Source: Rhodobacterales bacterium (GTDB lineage: Bacteria > Pseudomonadota > Alphaproteobacteria > Caulobacterales > Hyphomonadaceae). From it: a stretch of DNA of 64,000 nucleotides. The notes under the pieces are model-generated. The model saw only the letters and a list, made by a program, of their open reading frames with translations, did not search any database and was not told where the DNA came from. The position numbers were made by a program, and so were the translations under genes. Where the stretch lies: NCBI GenBank assembly GCA_014763715.1, contig JACXUV010000005.1, positions 21,417-85,416 on the forward strand, read 5' to 3'. Shown one piece after another: positions 1-10,795 of this stretch; position 1 is the stretch's first letter; each line of letters opens with the position of its first letter.

Positions 1-30
1 AACCAAGGGTTCGAAACCGGGAATGCGAAC

Positions 31-435
31 ATGTCCAATCAGGCCAGTTCCAACGGCCGCGAAGCGCGAAAGCCAACAGACGCTGATCGCTTTGTAGGGA
101 AGAAAATGCGTCAGGCACGGCGCGAGCTGAGCCTTACACAGGAGACACTCGCCACGCTGCTAGGTGTCACCTTCCAACAGATCCAGAAATATGAAGCCGG
201 TCAAAGCCGCCTCTCTGCCGGCCGTTTGCGGGAAGTCGCAATCGCCCTCAAAAAGCCGATCGACTATTTTTATGAACCACTTCCGGTTCATCCCGAGGCC
301 TCAGGGAATGCCACTCAAGAACTGAAACTGAAGAATCTGCGCCGGGATGGGAAACTGCTGATCGACAGGATCAAAGACGACCACTCGCTTACAGCAGTCA
401 TTCAGATTCTCACGCTTCTCGAAAAGTCCGCCTAG
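31..435 (+). CDS. XRE/Cro-family helix-turn-helix transcriptional regulator
   Basis: HTH_3-type segment LTQETLATLLGVTFQQIQKYEAGQSRLSAGRL, typical of alphaproteobacterial XRE regulators. Confidence 0.85.
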   Translation: MSNQASSNGREARKPTDADRFVGKKMRQARRELSLTQETLATLLGVTFQQIQKYEAGQSRLSAGRLREVAIALKKPIDYFYEPLPVHPEASGNATQELKLKNLRRDGKLLIDRIKDDHSLTAVIQILTLLEKSA

Positions 436-438
436 CGA

Positions 439-3150
439 TCAATCCTCTTTCCCGGCTTCGTCTTTCAGGCGGTAAAGCAGGTTGAGCGCCTCTCTTGGTG
501 TCAGCGAATCCGGATCAATCCCGTCAAGCAGGGTCGCGACCCTGTCTCCCGCGGCGGACGATACGGGCGCGTCCGCCGCGTCTTCCTCAACCGCCATTGG
601 CACAGCTGCAAACAGAGGCAGGGTCTCTGCCGATGAAGGGTCGGACTCCAGCCGCTTCAGGATCTGTGCTGCCCGCGACACCGCCTTTTTCGGAAGACCG
701 GCAAGACGCGCGACCTGAACGCCGTAAGAACGATCTGCAGGGCCAGCCTGCACCTCATGCAGGAAGACAAGGTCATTCTTCCATTCCCGCGCCTTGAGCG
801 AAGCGTTGGCGGCCCCGGACAGATCGTCGGCCAATGATGTCAGCTCATGATAGTGCGTGGCGAACAGCGCCCGGCAGCCATTGGTCGAGTGGAGATGCTC
901 CACAGCTGCCCAGGCAATTGCAAGGCCGTCCCAGGTGGATGTCCCGCGGCCGACCTCATCCAGAATGACAAAACTGCGGGGCGTAGCCTGCGTAAGGATG
1001 GCAGCCGTCTCCACCATTTCGACCATGAAGGTCGAACGTCCACGCGCAAGATCGTCCGATGCGCCGACGCGGGAGAACACCCTGTCGGCAAGTCCTAGCC
1101 GGATGCTCCGGGCCGGGACGAAAAGCCCGGCCTGTGCCAGAATGACGGCCAGCGCGGATTGGCGCAGATAAGTCGACTTACCGGCCATGTTCGGTCCGGT
1201 CACCAGCAGAAGACGTGGCGCCGCTTCGCCGCGGGCATCCAGTGTCAGGGCATTGGCCGTAAAGCCCTGGCCTTCCTTTTTCAACGCGGCCTCCACCACG
1301 GGGTGGCGCAGCCCCTCAGCTTCGAAGACAGGTTCGGACTCTATCCGTGGACGGATTGCATCCCCTTCCAGAGCCCAGGCCGCTGTCGATGCAGCCACAT
1401 CCAGACTGGCGATCGCCTCTGCGCTCGCCGATAGCGCCCGGCTTGCAGCGGACACCCGCGCGGAAAGGTCGTCAAAGATAGCGAGCTCGCGGGCCTTGGC
1501 TTCCTCCTCCGCACGTGAAATCCGCCCGGCGAGTTCGGCCAGTTCGCTGGTGGAAAACCGCGTATTTCCGGCAAGGGTCTGCCGATGAATAAATGTTTCC
1601 GACCAGGGCGGCGCCATCAGCGTGTCGCCATGCTTGGCCGGCACATCGACAAAATAGCCAAGCACATTGTTGAACTTGACCTTCAAAGCAGAAATGCCGG
1701 TCTGTTCGGCATACCGGGCCTGCATCTCGGCGATGATCCGGCGGCTGTCATCTCGCAGCCCACGCACTTCATCCAGCGCAGCGTCCCAGCCCGGCGCGAC
1801 AAAGCCGCCATCACGCGCCAGGGTTGGCGGGCTTTCATTGATCGCTCGGGCAATATCGCCCGCCAGAGCGGCAAGGTCCGGCTGGCCGGACAGGTCCAGT
1901 TGTTCGCAAGCGCGCTCCAGCCTCTCCGGCAGCGCACCCGCCTGCTTCAACAGGCCTGACGCATCACTCGCGGCCTGCAAGGCATTTGAAATGGCCAGCA
2001 GGTCCCGCGGCCCGCCCCGGCGGAGATTGAGCCGTGTGCGGGCCCGCTCCAGATCCGGCGCCTGCCGTAAGCGGGCGCGAAGGTCTTCCAGAGCAGATGT
2101 GTCGTCCACGAACCATGCTGCTGCATCCAGACGCGCCTCGATCTCCGCCACGTCCAGCGACGGGCGGGCAAGCCGCGCGGCCAGCATGCGGGCGCCGGGG
2201 GCTGTCACCGTCCGGTCGACAGTGCCAAGCAATGATCCTTCGCGCGCGCCATTCATCGCCCGGTCAATCTCAAGGCTCGCCCGCGTAGCCGGATCAATGG
2301 AGAGGTGTCCTGTCGGGTCAGGCCGGCGAGGCGGGTCTAGGCGGATCTCGCTGCCTGCCTGTGTCAGTTTCACGTAGTCCAGCAACAGGCCGATGGCGGC
2401 GAGTTCCGTGCGGCTGAAATCGCCAAGCGCGTCGATGGCAGCAATGCTGAAGGCCTCTTTCAGCAGGGCCTCGCCAGTCTTGTGGGTCGCGGCACGCGCC
2501 GGACGCCAAGTAACCGGCGCAGCAGATGCTGCCACAGCCGAGATGATCGGCGGCTTGCCGCTGTCAGCATCGGCAACCAGAAGTTCCGACAAGGGCCAAG
2601 CCAGCAGCATGTCCGCCAACGCCGTGGGGTCCACGGCCGCGACATCGAACTTTCCGGTCGAGACATCACAGACGGCAATCGCACCTTCCGCGCCCCCTGC
2701 CCCCAGCGCGATGGCAGCCAGCGCCTGCCCCTGCCGGGCCGGCAGCAACGCCTCCTCCGTCAGGGTTCCCGGAGTCACGATGCGGACGATTTCACGGTTA
2801 ACGATTGCTTTTGAACCGCGCTTCTTTGCTTCGGCAGGGCTTTCGGTCTGCTCGCAGACAGCGACCCGGCAGCCAGCCTTGATCAGGCGCGCCAGATACC
2901 CTTCCGCAGCGTGGTAAGGAACGCCCGCCATGGGAATGGGCTTCCCGTCATGCTCTCCGCGCGACGTCAGCGTGATATCGAGGATCCGCGCTGCCTCGAC
3001 GGCATCGTCAAAGAACAGTTCGTAGAAATCCCCCATACGAAAGAACAGAAGCGCATCGGGTTGCTGATGCTTTATGGAAAGATATTGCGCCATGAAGGGA
3101 GTGGGCGCAGAAGTCTTGCTCATTTGGGAAGGTATCGCAGTGTCAGCCAT
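439..3150 (-). CDS. mutS: DNA mismatch repair protein MutS
   Basis: TPFMAQY, FFRMGDFYELF mismatch-binding motif, Walker A GPNMAGKST, DEVGRGT, SYGVQVARLAG; 903 aa. Exact start uncertain. Confidence 0.98.
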   Translation of the reverse strand: MADTAIPSQMSKTSAPTPFMAQYLSIKHQQPDALLFFRMGDFYELFFDDAVEAARILDITLTSRGEHDGKPIPMAGVPYHAAEGYLARLIKAGCRVAVCEQTESPAEAKKRGSKAIVNREIVRIVTPGTLTEEALLPARQGQALAAIALGAGGAEGAIAVCDVSTGKFDVAAVDPTALADMLLAWPLSELLVADADSGKPPIISAVAASAAPVTWRPARAATHKTGEALLKEAFSIAAIDALGDFSRTELAAIGLLLDYVKLTQAGSEIRLDPPRRPDPTGHLSIDPATRASLEIDRAMNGAREGSLLGTVDRTVTAPGARMLAARLARPSLDVAEIEARLDAAAWFVDDTSALEDLRARLRQAPDLERARTRLNLRRGGPRDLLAISNALQAASDASGLLKQAGALPERLERACEQLDLSGQPDLAALAGDIARAINESPPTLARDGGFVAPGWDAALDEVRGLRDDSRRIIAEMQARYAEQTGISALKVKFNNVLGYFVDVPAKHGDTLMAPPWSETFIHRQTLAGNTRFSTSELAELAGRISRAEEEAKARELAIFDDLSARVSAASRALSASAEAIASLDVAASTAAWALEGDAIRPRIESEPVFEAEGLRHPVVEAALKKEGQGFTANALTLDARGEAAPRLLLVTGPNMAGKSTYLRQSALAVILAQAGLFVPARSIRLGLADRVFSRVGASDDLARGRSTFMVEMVETAAILTQATPRSFVILDEVGRGTSTWDGLAIAWAAVEHLHSTNGCRALFATHYHELTSLADDLSGAANASLKAREWKNDLVFLHEVQAGPADRSYGVQVARLAGLPKKAVSRAAQILKRLESDPSSAETLPLFAAVPMAVEEDAADAPVSSAAGDRVATLLDGIDPDSLTPREALNLLYRLKDEAGKED

Positions 3151-3305
3151 GGCGCCCGGACGCTAGCCGTTTGCCAAGGGATTCGCAAAGCTTCAGGCCA
3201 GCCATGCCTGAAAGGTATGCATTTGGACAATTTAGACAGTTGGCAGCCCCCCCGGCGCGGCATAGGGTCCCGCGCCAAACCCAGAACCAGAACAGACCCT
3301 TTGTC

Positions 3306-5579
3306 ATGACGTCCAAGCGCCCCAGCTTCACCGACCAGGAAGCCCTAGATTTCCACTCAAAACCGACCGCCGGTAAAATCTCCATGGCGCCGACCAAGCC
3401 CATGGGCACCCAGCGCGACCTGTCGCTGGCCTACAGCCCGGGCGTGGCTGTACCCGTGCTCGCCATCGCCGAGGACGAAGACAAGGCCTACGACTACACG
3501 TCGAAAGGCAACATGGTTGCGGTGATCACGAACGGCACCGCCATTCTCGGCCTGGGTGACCTTGGCCCGATGGCGTCCAAGCCGGTGATGGAAGGCAAAT
3601 CCGTCCTGTTCAAACGTTTCGCTGATATCGACAGTATCGACATCGAGGTGAACACGAAGGATCCGGACGACTTCATCCGCACTGTCCGCAACATCGGCGA
3701 CACCTGGGGCGGGATCAACCTTGAGGACATCGGTTCGCCGGACTGTTTCGTGATCGAAAGCCGCCTGCGTGAAGAACTCGACATCCCGGTCTTCCACGAC
3801 GACCAGCACGGCACGGCAATCATTGCGGCGGCCGGCCTGATCAATGCCTGCCTGATTACGGGCCGTGACCTCAAGGACGTGAAAGTGGCCGTTTCCGGCG
3901 CGGGCGCCGCTGGCCTGTCCTGTGCCGGCCTGATCCGTCACCTCGGCGTGAAAGCGGAAAACATCCTCATGTGCGACTCCACAGGCGTCGTCTATGAAGG
4001 CCGTACAGAACGGATGGATCAGTTCAAGTCCGCCTTTGCCGTGAACACCACGAAGCGGACTCTGGCCGAAGCCATGGAAGGCGCAGATGTCCTGCTGGGC
4101 CTGTCGGCCAAAGGCGCCGTGACCGCAGACATGGTCAAATCCATGGCCGCGAACCCGATCATTTTCGCAATGGCCAATCCGGACCCGGAAATCACGCCGG
4201 AAGAGATCAAATCTGTACGCGATGACGCGATCATCGCAACGGGCCGGTCCGACTATCCGAACCAGGTCAACAATGTGCTGGGCTTCCCCTACATCTTCCG
4301 CGGCGCGCTGGACGTAAGGGCCCGCAGCATCAACGAAGAAATGAAAGTCGCTGCCGCCTACGCCCTGGCTGAACTTGCCCGCGAGGATGTGCCGGATGAA
4401 GTGGCTGCCGCCTATCACGGTTCGCGTCCTTCCTTCGGCCGCGACTACATCATCCCGACACCGTTCGACCCGCGCCTCATCTCTTCCATCCCGCCCTTCG
4501 TGGCGCAGGCTGCCATGGATACCGGCGTTGCCCGCAAGCCGATCGCAGACATGGACGCCTACCGCGCCCAGCTGAAGCGCCGGTCCGACCCGGCCGCAGC
4601 CTTCCTCGAAGGTGTGCAGGCCCGCTGCAAGGAAGTTCAGCGCCGCATCGTGTTTGCGGAAGGCGAAGAGCCGTCCGTCGTCCGGGCCGCCTATAGCTTC
4701 AAGAACCAGGGCCTTGGCCACCCGATCCTGATCGGCCGCGAGGCCCAGGTCGAGCAGACCATGGAAATGATGGGCGTTCCGAGCGGATCGCTGGAAATCA
4801 TCAATGCCCGCCTTTCGGACAGCAATCCGATTTATACGGACATGCTCTATGCCCGGCTGCAGCGTGAAGGTTACCTCAAGCGCGACGTACAGCGTCTGGT
4901 GAACAATGACCGGAACGTCTTCGGTTGCTGCATGCTCAAGAATGGCGACGCCGACGGCATGGTCACCGGCGTAACCCGGAATTATGACGTCGCCCTTCAG
5001 GACGCGCAGATGGTGCTGGACCCGCTGCCGGGCCAGGCCGTGATCGGCATGTCCATGGTGATCAACCGCGGCAAGACCGTGTTCATCGCAGACACCAGCG
5101 TCACCGAACTGCCGCAGGGCCCGGAACTTGCCGATATCGCCATCGAAGCGGCCCGTGCTGTCAGCGCAGTCGGCTTCACGCCGCGCGTTGCATTCCTCTC
5201 CTACTCCACCTTCGGCAATCCGATGGGCGAGCGCGGCGAGAAAGTCCGCGAAGCGGTCGCCATTCTCGACAAGATGGAAGGCATCGACTTCGAATATGAA
5301 GGCGACATGGCTGCGGATGTGGCGCTCAACCCGAACCACTGGATGCTGTACCCCTTCTCGCGCCTCAGCGGCCCGGCCAATGTGCTGGTCATGCCGGCCA
5401 TTCATGCGGCCTCGATCTCGACCAAGCTGCTGGAATCGATGAGCCGCGCGACGGTCATCGGTCCGATGCTGCTTGGCCTTGAGAAGCCGGTGCAGATTGC
5501 GTCGCTGGGCGCCACGGTCGGCGACATCGTGAACCTTGCGACACTCGCCGCCTATGACGTGGACAATGTCCACGGCTGA
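3306..5579 (+). CDS. maeB: NADP-dependent malic enzyme with C-terminal phosphotransacetylase-like domain
   Basis: LSLAYSPGVA, NGTAILGLG, KPVMEGK, FHDDQHGTA, then PTA-like domain (RIVFAEGEEP...GPMLLGL). Start set at ATG 3306 (MTSKRPS). Confidence 0.96.
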   Translation: MTSKRPSFTDQEALDFHSKPTAGKISMAPTKPMGTQRDLSLAYSPGVAVPVLAIAEDEDKAYDYTSKGNMVAVITNGTAILGLGDLGPMASKPVMEGKSVLFKRFADIDSIDIEVNTKDPDDFIRTVRNIGDTWGGINLEDIGSPDCFVIESRLREELDIPVFHDDQHGTAIIAAAGLINACLITGRDLKDVKVAVSGAGAAGLSCAGLIRHLGVKAENILMCDSTGVVYEGRTERMDQFKSAFAVNTTKRTLAEAMEGADVLLGLSAKGAVTADMVKSMAANPIIFAMANPDPEITPEEIKSVRDDAIIATGRSDYPNQVNNVLGFPYIFRGALDVRARSINEEMKVAAAYALAELAREDVPDEVAAAYHGSRPSFGRDYIIPTPFDPRLISSIPPFVAQAAMDTGVARKPIADMDAYRAQLKRRSDPAAAFLEGVQARCKEVQRRIVFAEGEEPSVVRAAYSFKNQGLGHPILIGREAQVEQTMEMMGVPSGSLEIINARLSDSNPIYTDMLYARLQREGYLKRDVQRLVNNDRNVFGCCMLKNGDADGMVTGVTRNYDVALQDAQMVLDPLPGQAVIGMSMVINRGKTVFIADTSVTELPQGPELADIAIEAARAVSAVGFTPRVAFLSYSTFGNPMGERGEKVREAVAILDKMEGIDFEYEGDMAADVALNPNHWMLYPFSRLSGPANVLVMPAIHAASISTKLLESMSRATVIGPMLLGLEKPVQIASLGATVGDIVNLATLAAYDVDNVHG

Positions 5580-5684
5580 TGGCCGGTTACAATAAGGACA
5601 TATCGTAGGGTCAGGACTCGCCGCTGGCGGGCCCTGACCCTATAGTTATTCCAGACAGACAACCTGCAGGGAGGCCCGAGTGGC

Positions 5685-7115
5685 ATGAAGGAATACCTGA
5701 AATTCTATATCAACGGTGAGTGGGTCGATCCCGTGACGCCGCGGACACTCGAAGTCGAGAACCCGGCCACGGAAGAAAACTTCGCCGTGATCTCGCTCGG
5801 CTCGCAGGCAGATGTCGACAAGGCCGTTGCCGCCGCAAAGGCCGCCTTCCCGGCTTTCTCGCAAACAAGCGTGGAATACCGCGCCGACCTGCTCGACAAA
5901 ATTGCGGCAGGCATCCAGAAGCGCCTGCCGGAACTGGCAGAGGCTGTCTCCACCGAAATGGGCGCGCCTATGTGGCTTGCCAATGCCGCACAGGTTCCGT
6001 CCGGCATGGGCCACTTCGCCACCACAGCCCAGATCCTGCGCAATTACGAGTGGGAAGAGCTGAAAGGCTCGACCCTGCTGCGCAAGGAACCGATCGGCGT
6101 TTGCGGTTTCATCACGCCATGGAACTGGCCGATCAACCAGATCGCCTGCAAAGTCGCCCCTGCCATTGCTGCCGGTTGCACCATGGTGCTGAAGCCGTCC
6201 GAGATCGCCCCAATCGATGCCATGATCCTGACCGAGATCATGCATGAAGCCGGTGTGCCGAAAGGCGTGTTCAACCTTGTGAACGGTGACGGCCCAGGCG
6301 TCGGCTCCTCCCTGTCCTCGCATCCGGATGTCGACATGGTCAGCTTCACCGGTTCGACCCGGGCTGGCGTGCTCGTGGCCCAGGCTGCAGCCCCGACCGT
6401 CAAGCGCGTCGCTCAAGAACTCGGCGGCAAGAGCCCGAACATCGTCCTGCCGAACGCAGACCTCAAGAAAGCAGTTGCTGGCGGCATCATCCAGATGATG
6501 ACCAATTCCGGCCAGTCCTGTAACGCGCCGTCCCGTATGTTCGTGCAGAAGGACCAGCAGGACGAAGCCATCGCGATCGCGAAAGCCACGGCCGAGTCCG
6601 TCAAGGTGATGATGCCCGCGGAAGCAACGCCGGGCGCCATCGGCCCGATCTCCAACGGCAACCAGTACCAGAAGGTGCAGGACCTGATCGAAACCGGCAT
6701 CAAGGAAGGCGCCACGCTCGTCGCCGGTGGCCCGGGCCGTCCGGAAGGTTTCAACAAAGGCTACTTCGCCCGTCCGACCGTTTTCGCAAACGTCACCAAT
6801 GACATGACCATTGCCCGCGAGGAAATCTTCGGGCCGGTTCTGGTCATGATCCCCTATGAAGACGTGGACGATGCCGTCGCCATGGCGAACGACACGGTCT
6901 ACGGCCTTGCCGGTTACGTGCAGGGACCGGAAGAGGACGCCCGCAAGGTGGCCAACCGCATCCGCGCCGGTCAGATCCAGATCAACGGCGCACGTCCGGA
7001 CTTCACCGCACCGTTCGGCGGCTATGGCCAATCCGGCAATGGCCGCGAATGGGGCGAAGAAGGCTTTGAGGAATTCCTCGAAATCAAGGCCGTCATCGGC
7101 TACAAGGCTGGCTGA
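5685..7115 (+). CDS. NAD(P)-dependent aldehyde dehydrogenase
   Basis: ITPWNWP, FTGST, ELGGKSP, catalytic Cys in GQSCNAP, EEIFGPV. Confidence 0.95.
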   Translation: MKEYLKFYINGEWVDPVTPRTLEVENPATEENFAVISLGSQADVDKAVAAAKAAFPAFSQTSVEYRADLLDKIAAGIQKRLPELAEAVSTEMGAPMWLANAAQVPSGMGHFATTAQILRNYEWEELKGSTLLRKEPIGVCGFITPWNWPINQIACKVAPAIAAGCTMVLKPSEIAPIDAMILTEIMHEAGVPKGVFNLVNGDGPGVGSSLSSHPDVDMVSFTGSTRAGVLVAQAAAPTVKRVAQELGGKSPNIVLPNADLKKAVAGGIIQMMTNSGQSCNAPSRMFVQKDQQDEAIAIAKATAESVKVMMPAEATPGAIGPISNGNQYQKVQDLIETGIKEGATLVAGGPGRPEGFNKGYFARPTVFANVTNDMTIAREEIFGPVLVMIPYEDVDDAVAMANDTVYGLAGYVQGPEEDARKVANRIRAGQIQINGARPDFTAPFGGYGQSGNGREWGEEGFEEFLEIKAVIGYKAG

Positions 7116-7136
7116 TCGCGCCACGCACCAAGATAG

Positions 7137-7165
7137 AAAGGCGGCCCGGAAAGGCCGCCTTTTTT
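7137..7165 (+). terminator. Rho-independent terminator after aldehyde dehydrogenase
   Basis: aaaggcggcc-cggaaa-ggccgcctttttt hairpin plus T-run. Confidence 0.85.
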
Positions 7166-7341
7166 ATTGTTTGACGCCTGGCCTGCCGCACAACTTTCCG
7201 TGATGATGTGTAGCAAGGGCGACATATTGCGACCGTATTCAACTGGCATTCATCTGCGTCAGCCTTATATCAGACAGGTATGTCATAAGGCTGGCAGGCC
7301 CAATTCAGGACCGATCCTTTTGCGCCGGAGGTTGAAAACCC

Positions 7342-7920
7342 ATGCCCAAGTTTAGATTGATCGCAGGTCTCGCCGCTCTATCCATCCTCGCCGCCTGTGC
7401 GACGGCGACCCCTTATCAGGCCGCGCTGGATTCCTCGAGCCGCGGATATTCCGAACAGCAGATCGAGAACAACCGGTTCCGTGTCCAGTTTGCCGGCAAC
7501 AGCCTGACGGATCGCAAAACGGTCGAGACCTACCTGCTCTATCGTGCTGCTGAGTTGACCAAGCTCAACGGGTATGACCACTTCCGTGTCGTACATCGTG
7601 ATACTGACGCCGAAAGCCGGATGGTGCCGATCGGTGGTGGTGCCTACTCACCTTACTACGATCACTTCTATCTCGACTATTATTACTATGGCCCGCGCTC
7701 CTATTACCGGACCCGCCCCTACGGTTATGATCCGTTCTGGCCGCGCTGGGGCTACTATGATCCCTACTGGGGCCCTGCCGAATACCGGGAATCGACGCGC
7801 TATATCGCATCGGCTGAAATCCTCATGGGCAAAGGGGCCAAACCGGACGACGCCGCCTATTTCGATGCAGATCAGGTGATCATGAACCTGTCAGGCAGCA
7901 TTGTCCGTCCGCAGCCCTGA
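7342..7920 (+). CDS. Lipoprotein, CC0125/CC1285-like family, with Tyr-rich insert
   Basis: Signal peptide with lipobox LAAC, then ATATPYQ..GYSEQQIENNRFRVQFAGNS..VETYLLYRAAELT..GYDHF. Confidence 0.75.
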   Translation: MPKFRLIAGLAALSILAACATATPYQAALDSSSRGYSEQQIENNRFRVQFAGNSLTDRKTVETYLLYRAAELTKLNGYDHFRVVHRDTDAESRMVPIGGGAYSPYYDHFYLDYYYYGPRSYYRTRPYGYDPFWPRWGYYDPYWGPAEYRESTRYIASAEILMGKGAKPDDAAYFDADQVIMNLSGSIVRPQP

Positions 7921-7942
7921 TCCGCTTTCCCTCATATGGAAA

Positions 7943-7985
7943 CAAAGAGAGCCCTGCTGCCCCGGCAGGGCTCTTTGCTTTTCTC
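7943..7985 (+). terminator. Rho-independent terminator
   Basis: gagccctgc...gcagggctc hairpin followed by T-rich tract. Confidence 0.75.
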
Positions 7986-8074
7986 ACAGTTTTTTCCCTG
8001 CAGCTCTGGTAATGCCTGTCTGACGGGTCCAGATAGCTCTTCCCTGAAACCCAACGGCTTGAGAGGCGCACGCG

Positions 8075-9334
8075 GTGCCCGATTCTGAAATCAAGGCACC
8101 CTCGCCTGACCTGCAGCCACACCCTTCCACACCCGGGAAGTCTGAACTGGTTGTGATGGTTGCCGGGCTCATGGCGCTGAATGCCCTGGCCATCGACATC
8201 ATGCTACCGGCATTGAACCAGATTGCTCATGCTGTCGGGCTGACGGCTGAAGGCGTCGAAAGCGACAATCGCCAGCAGCTGATCATCTTCTCCTATGTGC
8301 TGGGCTTCGGTGCCCCGCAGATCCTGTGGGGGCCGATCACTGACCGGTTCGGGCGGCGCGGCCCGCTCTTCATCAGCCTGATCGGCTATATCCTGATGGC
8401 GATGTTGTGCATCACTCTGCGCGAATTCCATGCCCTGCTGGCTGCACGCTTCATTCAAGGCGTCTTTTCATCGGGCGCACGCCTCGTCGCCGTATCGATA
8501 GTGAGGGACTTGTTTGCCGGACGTCAGATGGCCCGCTTCATGTCTCTCGTCATGACGATCTTCATGATCATCCCGATCATCGCCCCGGCGGCAGGTCAGG
8601 CCATCCTGCTCGTGGCACCATGGGAATGGATCTTCGGCGCGCTGGTCGTGTTCGGTATTTTCATGCTGGGCTGGACATGGTCGCGCCTGCCGGAAACCCT
8701 TCCGGTGGAGAACCGCAGGCCGCTGAATGTCGGCAATGCGCTCGGCGCCTACATGCAGGTTATACGCACCCCGGTCACATTCGGATATATGTGCGCTTCG
8801 GGCATCGTCTTTGGCGCCCTCTTTTCCTTCATCGCCACATCCGAGCAGGTCTTCCGCGAAGTCTTTCATCGCGGAGAAGATTTTGTTCTCTGGTTCTCCG
8901 GAATTGCCGGCATGCTGGCCGTGGCGAACTTCACAAATTCGCGGCTTGTCGAGAAAATCGGCATGCGCCGGATCAGCCACACAGCCCTCTTCCTGTTCAC
9001 TGGACTGTCCGCCCTTTCGGCGCTGATCACGCATTTCTTCGGAGAGAACCTGCTCTGGTTCTACCCCTTGTTCATCCTGACCTTTGCGTGTTTTGGGCTG
9101 CTGGGATCGAACTTCTCGGCACTGGCCATGGAGCCGTTAGGGTCCATCGCCGGAACGGCATCAGCTGCTTACGGGTTTGCCACGACAACGGTATCCAGCC
9201 TGATCGGCATGCTGATCGGAAGCCAGTACAATGGGACGACCGTTCCGCTGATGCTGGGCTTCGTCGCGCTCGGCCTCTCATCCCTTGTGATCATCCTGAT
9301 CACGGAGAAGGGAAAGCTGTTCAGTTCACGTTGA
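8075..9334 (+). CDS. Bcr/CflA (DHA1) family MFS multidrug efflux transporter
   Basis: [11 protein letters not shown] motif D1, [10 protein letters not shown] motif A, about 12 hydrophobic segments; GTG start. Confidence 0.9.
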   Translation: MPDSEIKAPSPDLQPHPSTPGKSELVVMVAGLMALNALAIDIMLPALNQIAHAVGLTAEGVESDNRQQLIIFSYVLGFGAPQILWGPITDRFGRRGPLFISLIGYILMAMLCITLREFHALLAARFIQGVFSSGARLVAVSIVRDLFAGRQMARFMSLVMTIFMIIPIIAPAAGQAILLVAPWEWIFGALVVFGIFMLGWTWSRLPETLPVENRRPLNVGNALGAYMQVIRTPVTFGYMCASGIVFGALFSFIATSEQVFREVFHRGEDFVLWFSGIAGMLAVANFTNSRLVEKIGMRRISHTALFLFTGLSALSALITHFFGENLLWFYPLFILTFACFGLLGSNFSALAMEPLGSIAGTASAAYGFATTTVSSLIGMLIGSQYNGTTVPLMLGFVALGLSSLVIILITEKGKLFSSR

Positions 9335-10739
9335 CGCGCCGGCTGCTGCGGGCATTCGTCTCCCGATCACTGGCAAGCGGGCGGACCTGACGCTCCAGGT
9401 GTTCGATAATCATGCCGGCAATGTCCTTGCCAGTCGTGCTCTCGATCCCCTCCAGCCCCGGCGAGGAGTTGACCTCCAGAACCTTCGGTCCGTCCTTCGT
9501 CTGCAGCAGGTCCACACCCGCCACGTTCAATCCCAGGACCTTGGCAGCGGCGCGCGCCGTCTCCCGTTCGTCCGCCGTCAGACGGATACTTGAAGCCGTC
9601 CCACCGCGATGCAGGTTGGAGCGAAACTCCCCCTTCTGCGCCTGCCGTTTCATGGCGCCAACAACCTTGTTGCCAATGACAAAAGCCCGTACATCGGCAC
9701 CGGCCGCCTCTTCCACAAATTCCTGAACCAGGAAGTTCGCATCGAGACCGCGGAAGGCGTCGACCAGGCTCTCTGCCGCCTTGCGTGTTTCGGCCAGCAC
9801 CACACCGCGCCCCTGCGTCGAAGTCAGCAGCTTCAGCACGACCGGCGCGCCATCGACGAGGCCGATCAGGTCTTTTGTATCTTTCGGGCTGTGGGCAAAG
9901 GCCGTCACCGGCATGGCGATCTTTGCACGTGCCAGCAGCTGTTGGGCCAGAAGCTTGTCACGTGAACGGCCAATAGACCCCGCCCCGTTCAGGCAGACGG
10001 CCCCGGTATTCGAAAACTGGCGCAGCACCGCCATGCCATAATCTGTGATCTTCGCACCAATCCGTGGAATGACGGCATCATAACGCGGCAGCGCCTTGCC
10101 ATCATAATGCACCTGCGGATCCAGCGTGCCGATCTGCATGTAGCAACGCGCCGTATCGATCATCTCGATCACATGCCCGCGCTCACGCGCAGCTTCGACA
10201 AGGCGCTGGCTGGAATAATTGTGCGGCTCCCGCGTCAGCAAGGCGATGCGCAGCGGCCGCCGCACCGGCTTCTTCTTCGGCAGGCCCTTGTAGAGCTTGT
10301 AGGAGAGCTCCGGCATGTGGAAGGATTCATTCGGGTCCACCACCATGTCCGGCTGCATGGCCCCGCGGCCGAACAGCATCCGGTACATCATGTTTTCCCG
10401 GTTGGTCAGCGTCAGCTGGATCGGCCAACGCCGGTCGCCCATCTGCACATCTGTCTCGATCACATAACGCAGCTCTGTTTCGCCATTGGAGCTGGTGACT
10501 TCACGCCGGTCCACCACAGGCGCCGAACAGGTGACTTCCAGCGCCGGATTGTTCGGGTCCGGCTGGATCAGGAAGCGCACCTGCGGGCTGGTGACCGGAC
10601 CGAACGGTTCGATCACGCTGGCATGCAGGGCCGACGTCTTCGCCCCTGTATCAATCTTCGCCTTGATGGCGGGCAAGCCCAGGTCTGGCAGCGCCAGCCA
10701 TTCTTCCCAACCGAGTTCAAACGGGGCGCTTTTTGGCAT
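9321..10739 (-). CDS. rimK: Fusion of retropepsin-like RimB/ATP-dependent Zn-protease-family domain and RimK-family ATP-grasp glutamate ligase
   Basis: N-terminal [25 protein letters not shown]...SSNG..ELRY; C-terminal [51 protein letters not shown]. Confidence 0.92.
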   Translation of the reverse strand: MPKSAPFELGWEEWLALPDLGLPAIKAKIDTGAKTSALHASVIEPFGPVTSPQVRFLIQPDPNNPALEVTCSAPVVDRREVTSSNGETELRYVIETDVQMGDRRWPIQLTLTNRENMMYRMLFGRGAMQPDMVVDPNESFHMPELSYKLYKGLPKKKPVRRPLRIALLTREPHNYSSQRLVEAARERGHVIEMIDTARCYMQIGTLDPQVHYDGKALPRYDAVIPRIGAKITDYGMAVLRQFSNTGAVCLNGAGSIGRSRDKLLAQQLLARAKIAMPVTAFAHSPKDTKDLIGLVDGAPVVLKLLTSTQGRGVVLAETRKAAESLVDAFRGLDANFLVQEFVEEAAGADVRAFVIGNKVVGAMKRQAQKGEFRSNLHRGGTASSIRLTADERETARAAAKVLGLNVAGVDLLQTKDGPKVLEVNSSPGLEGIESTTGKDIAGMIIEHLERQVRPLASDRETNARSSRRVNVN

Positions 10740-10795
10740 GTTCGGCGTCCTTATGGAGAAGGAATCGCTTATCCGGCCTGCAGGCGTCCCGCAAC

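Noticed and set aside
3357-5573. 738-aa antisense ORF over maeB, and similar long antisense ORFs at 5646-7124, 11009-12481, 17527-18453, 26387-27361, 36131-37720, 38654-40225, 44917-45897, 61211-62392
   Set aside because: They mirror well-supported genes codon-for-codon on the opposite strand and have no recognisable motifs; this is the expected shadow of GC-rich codon bias.
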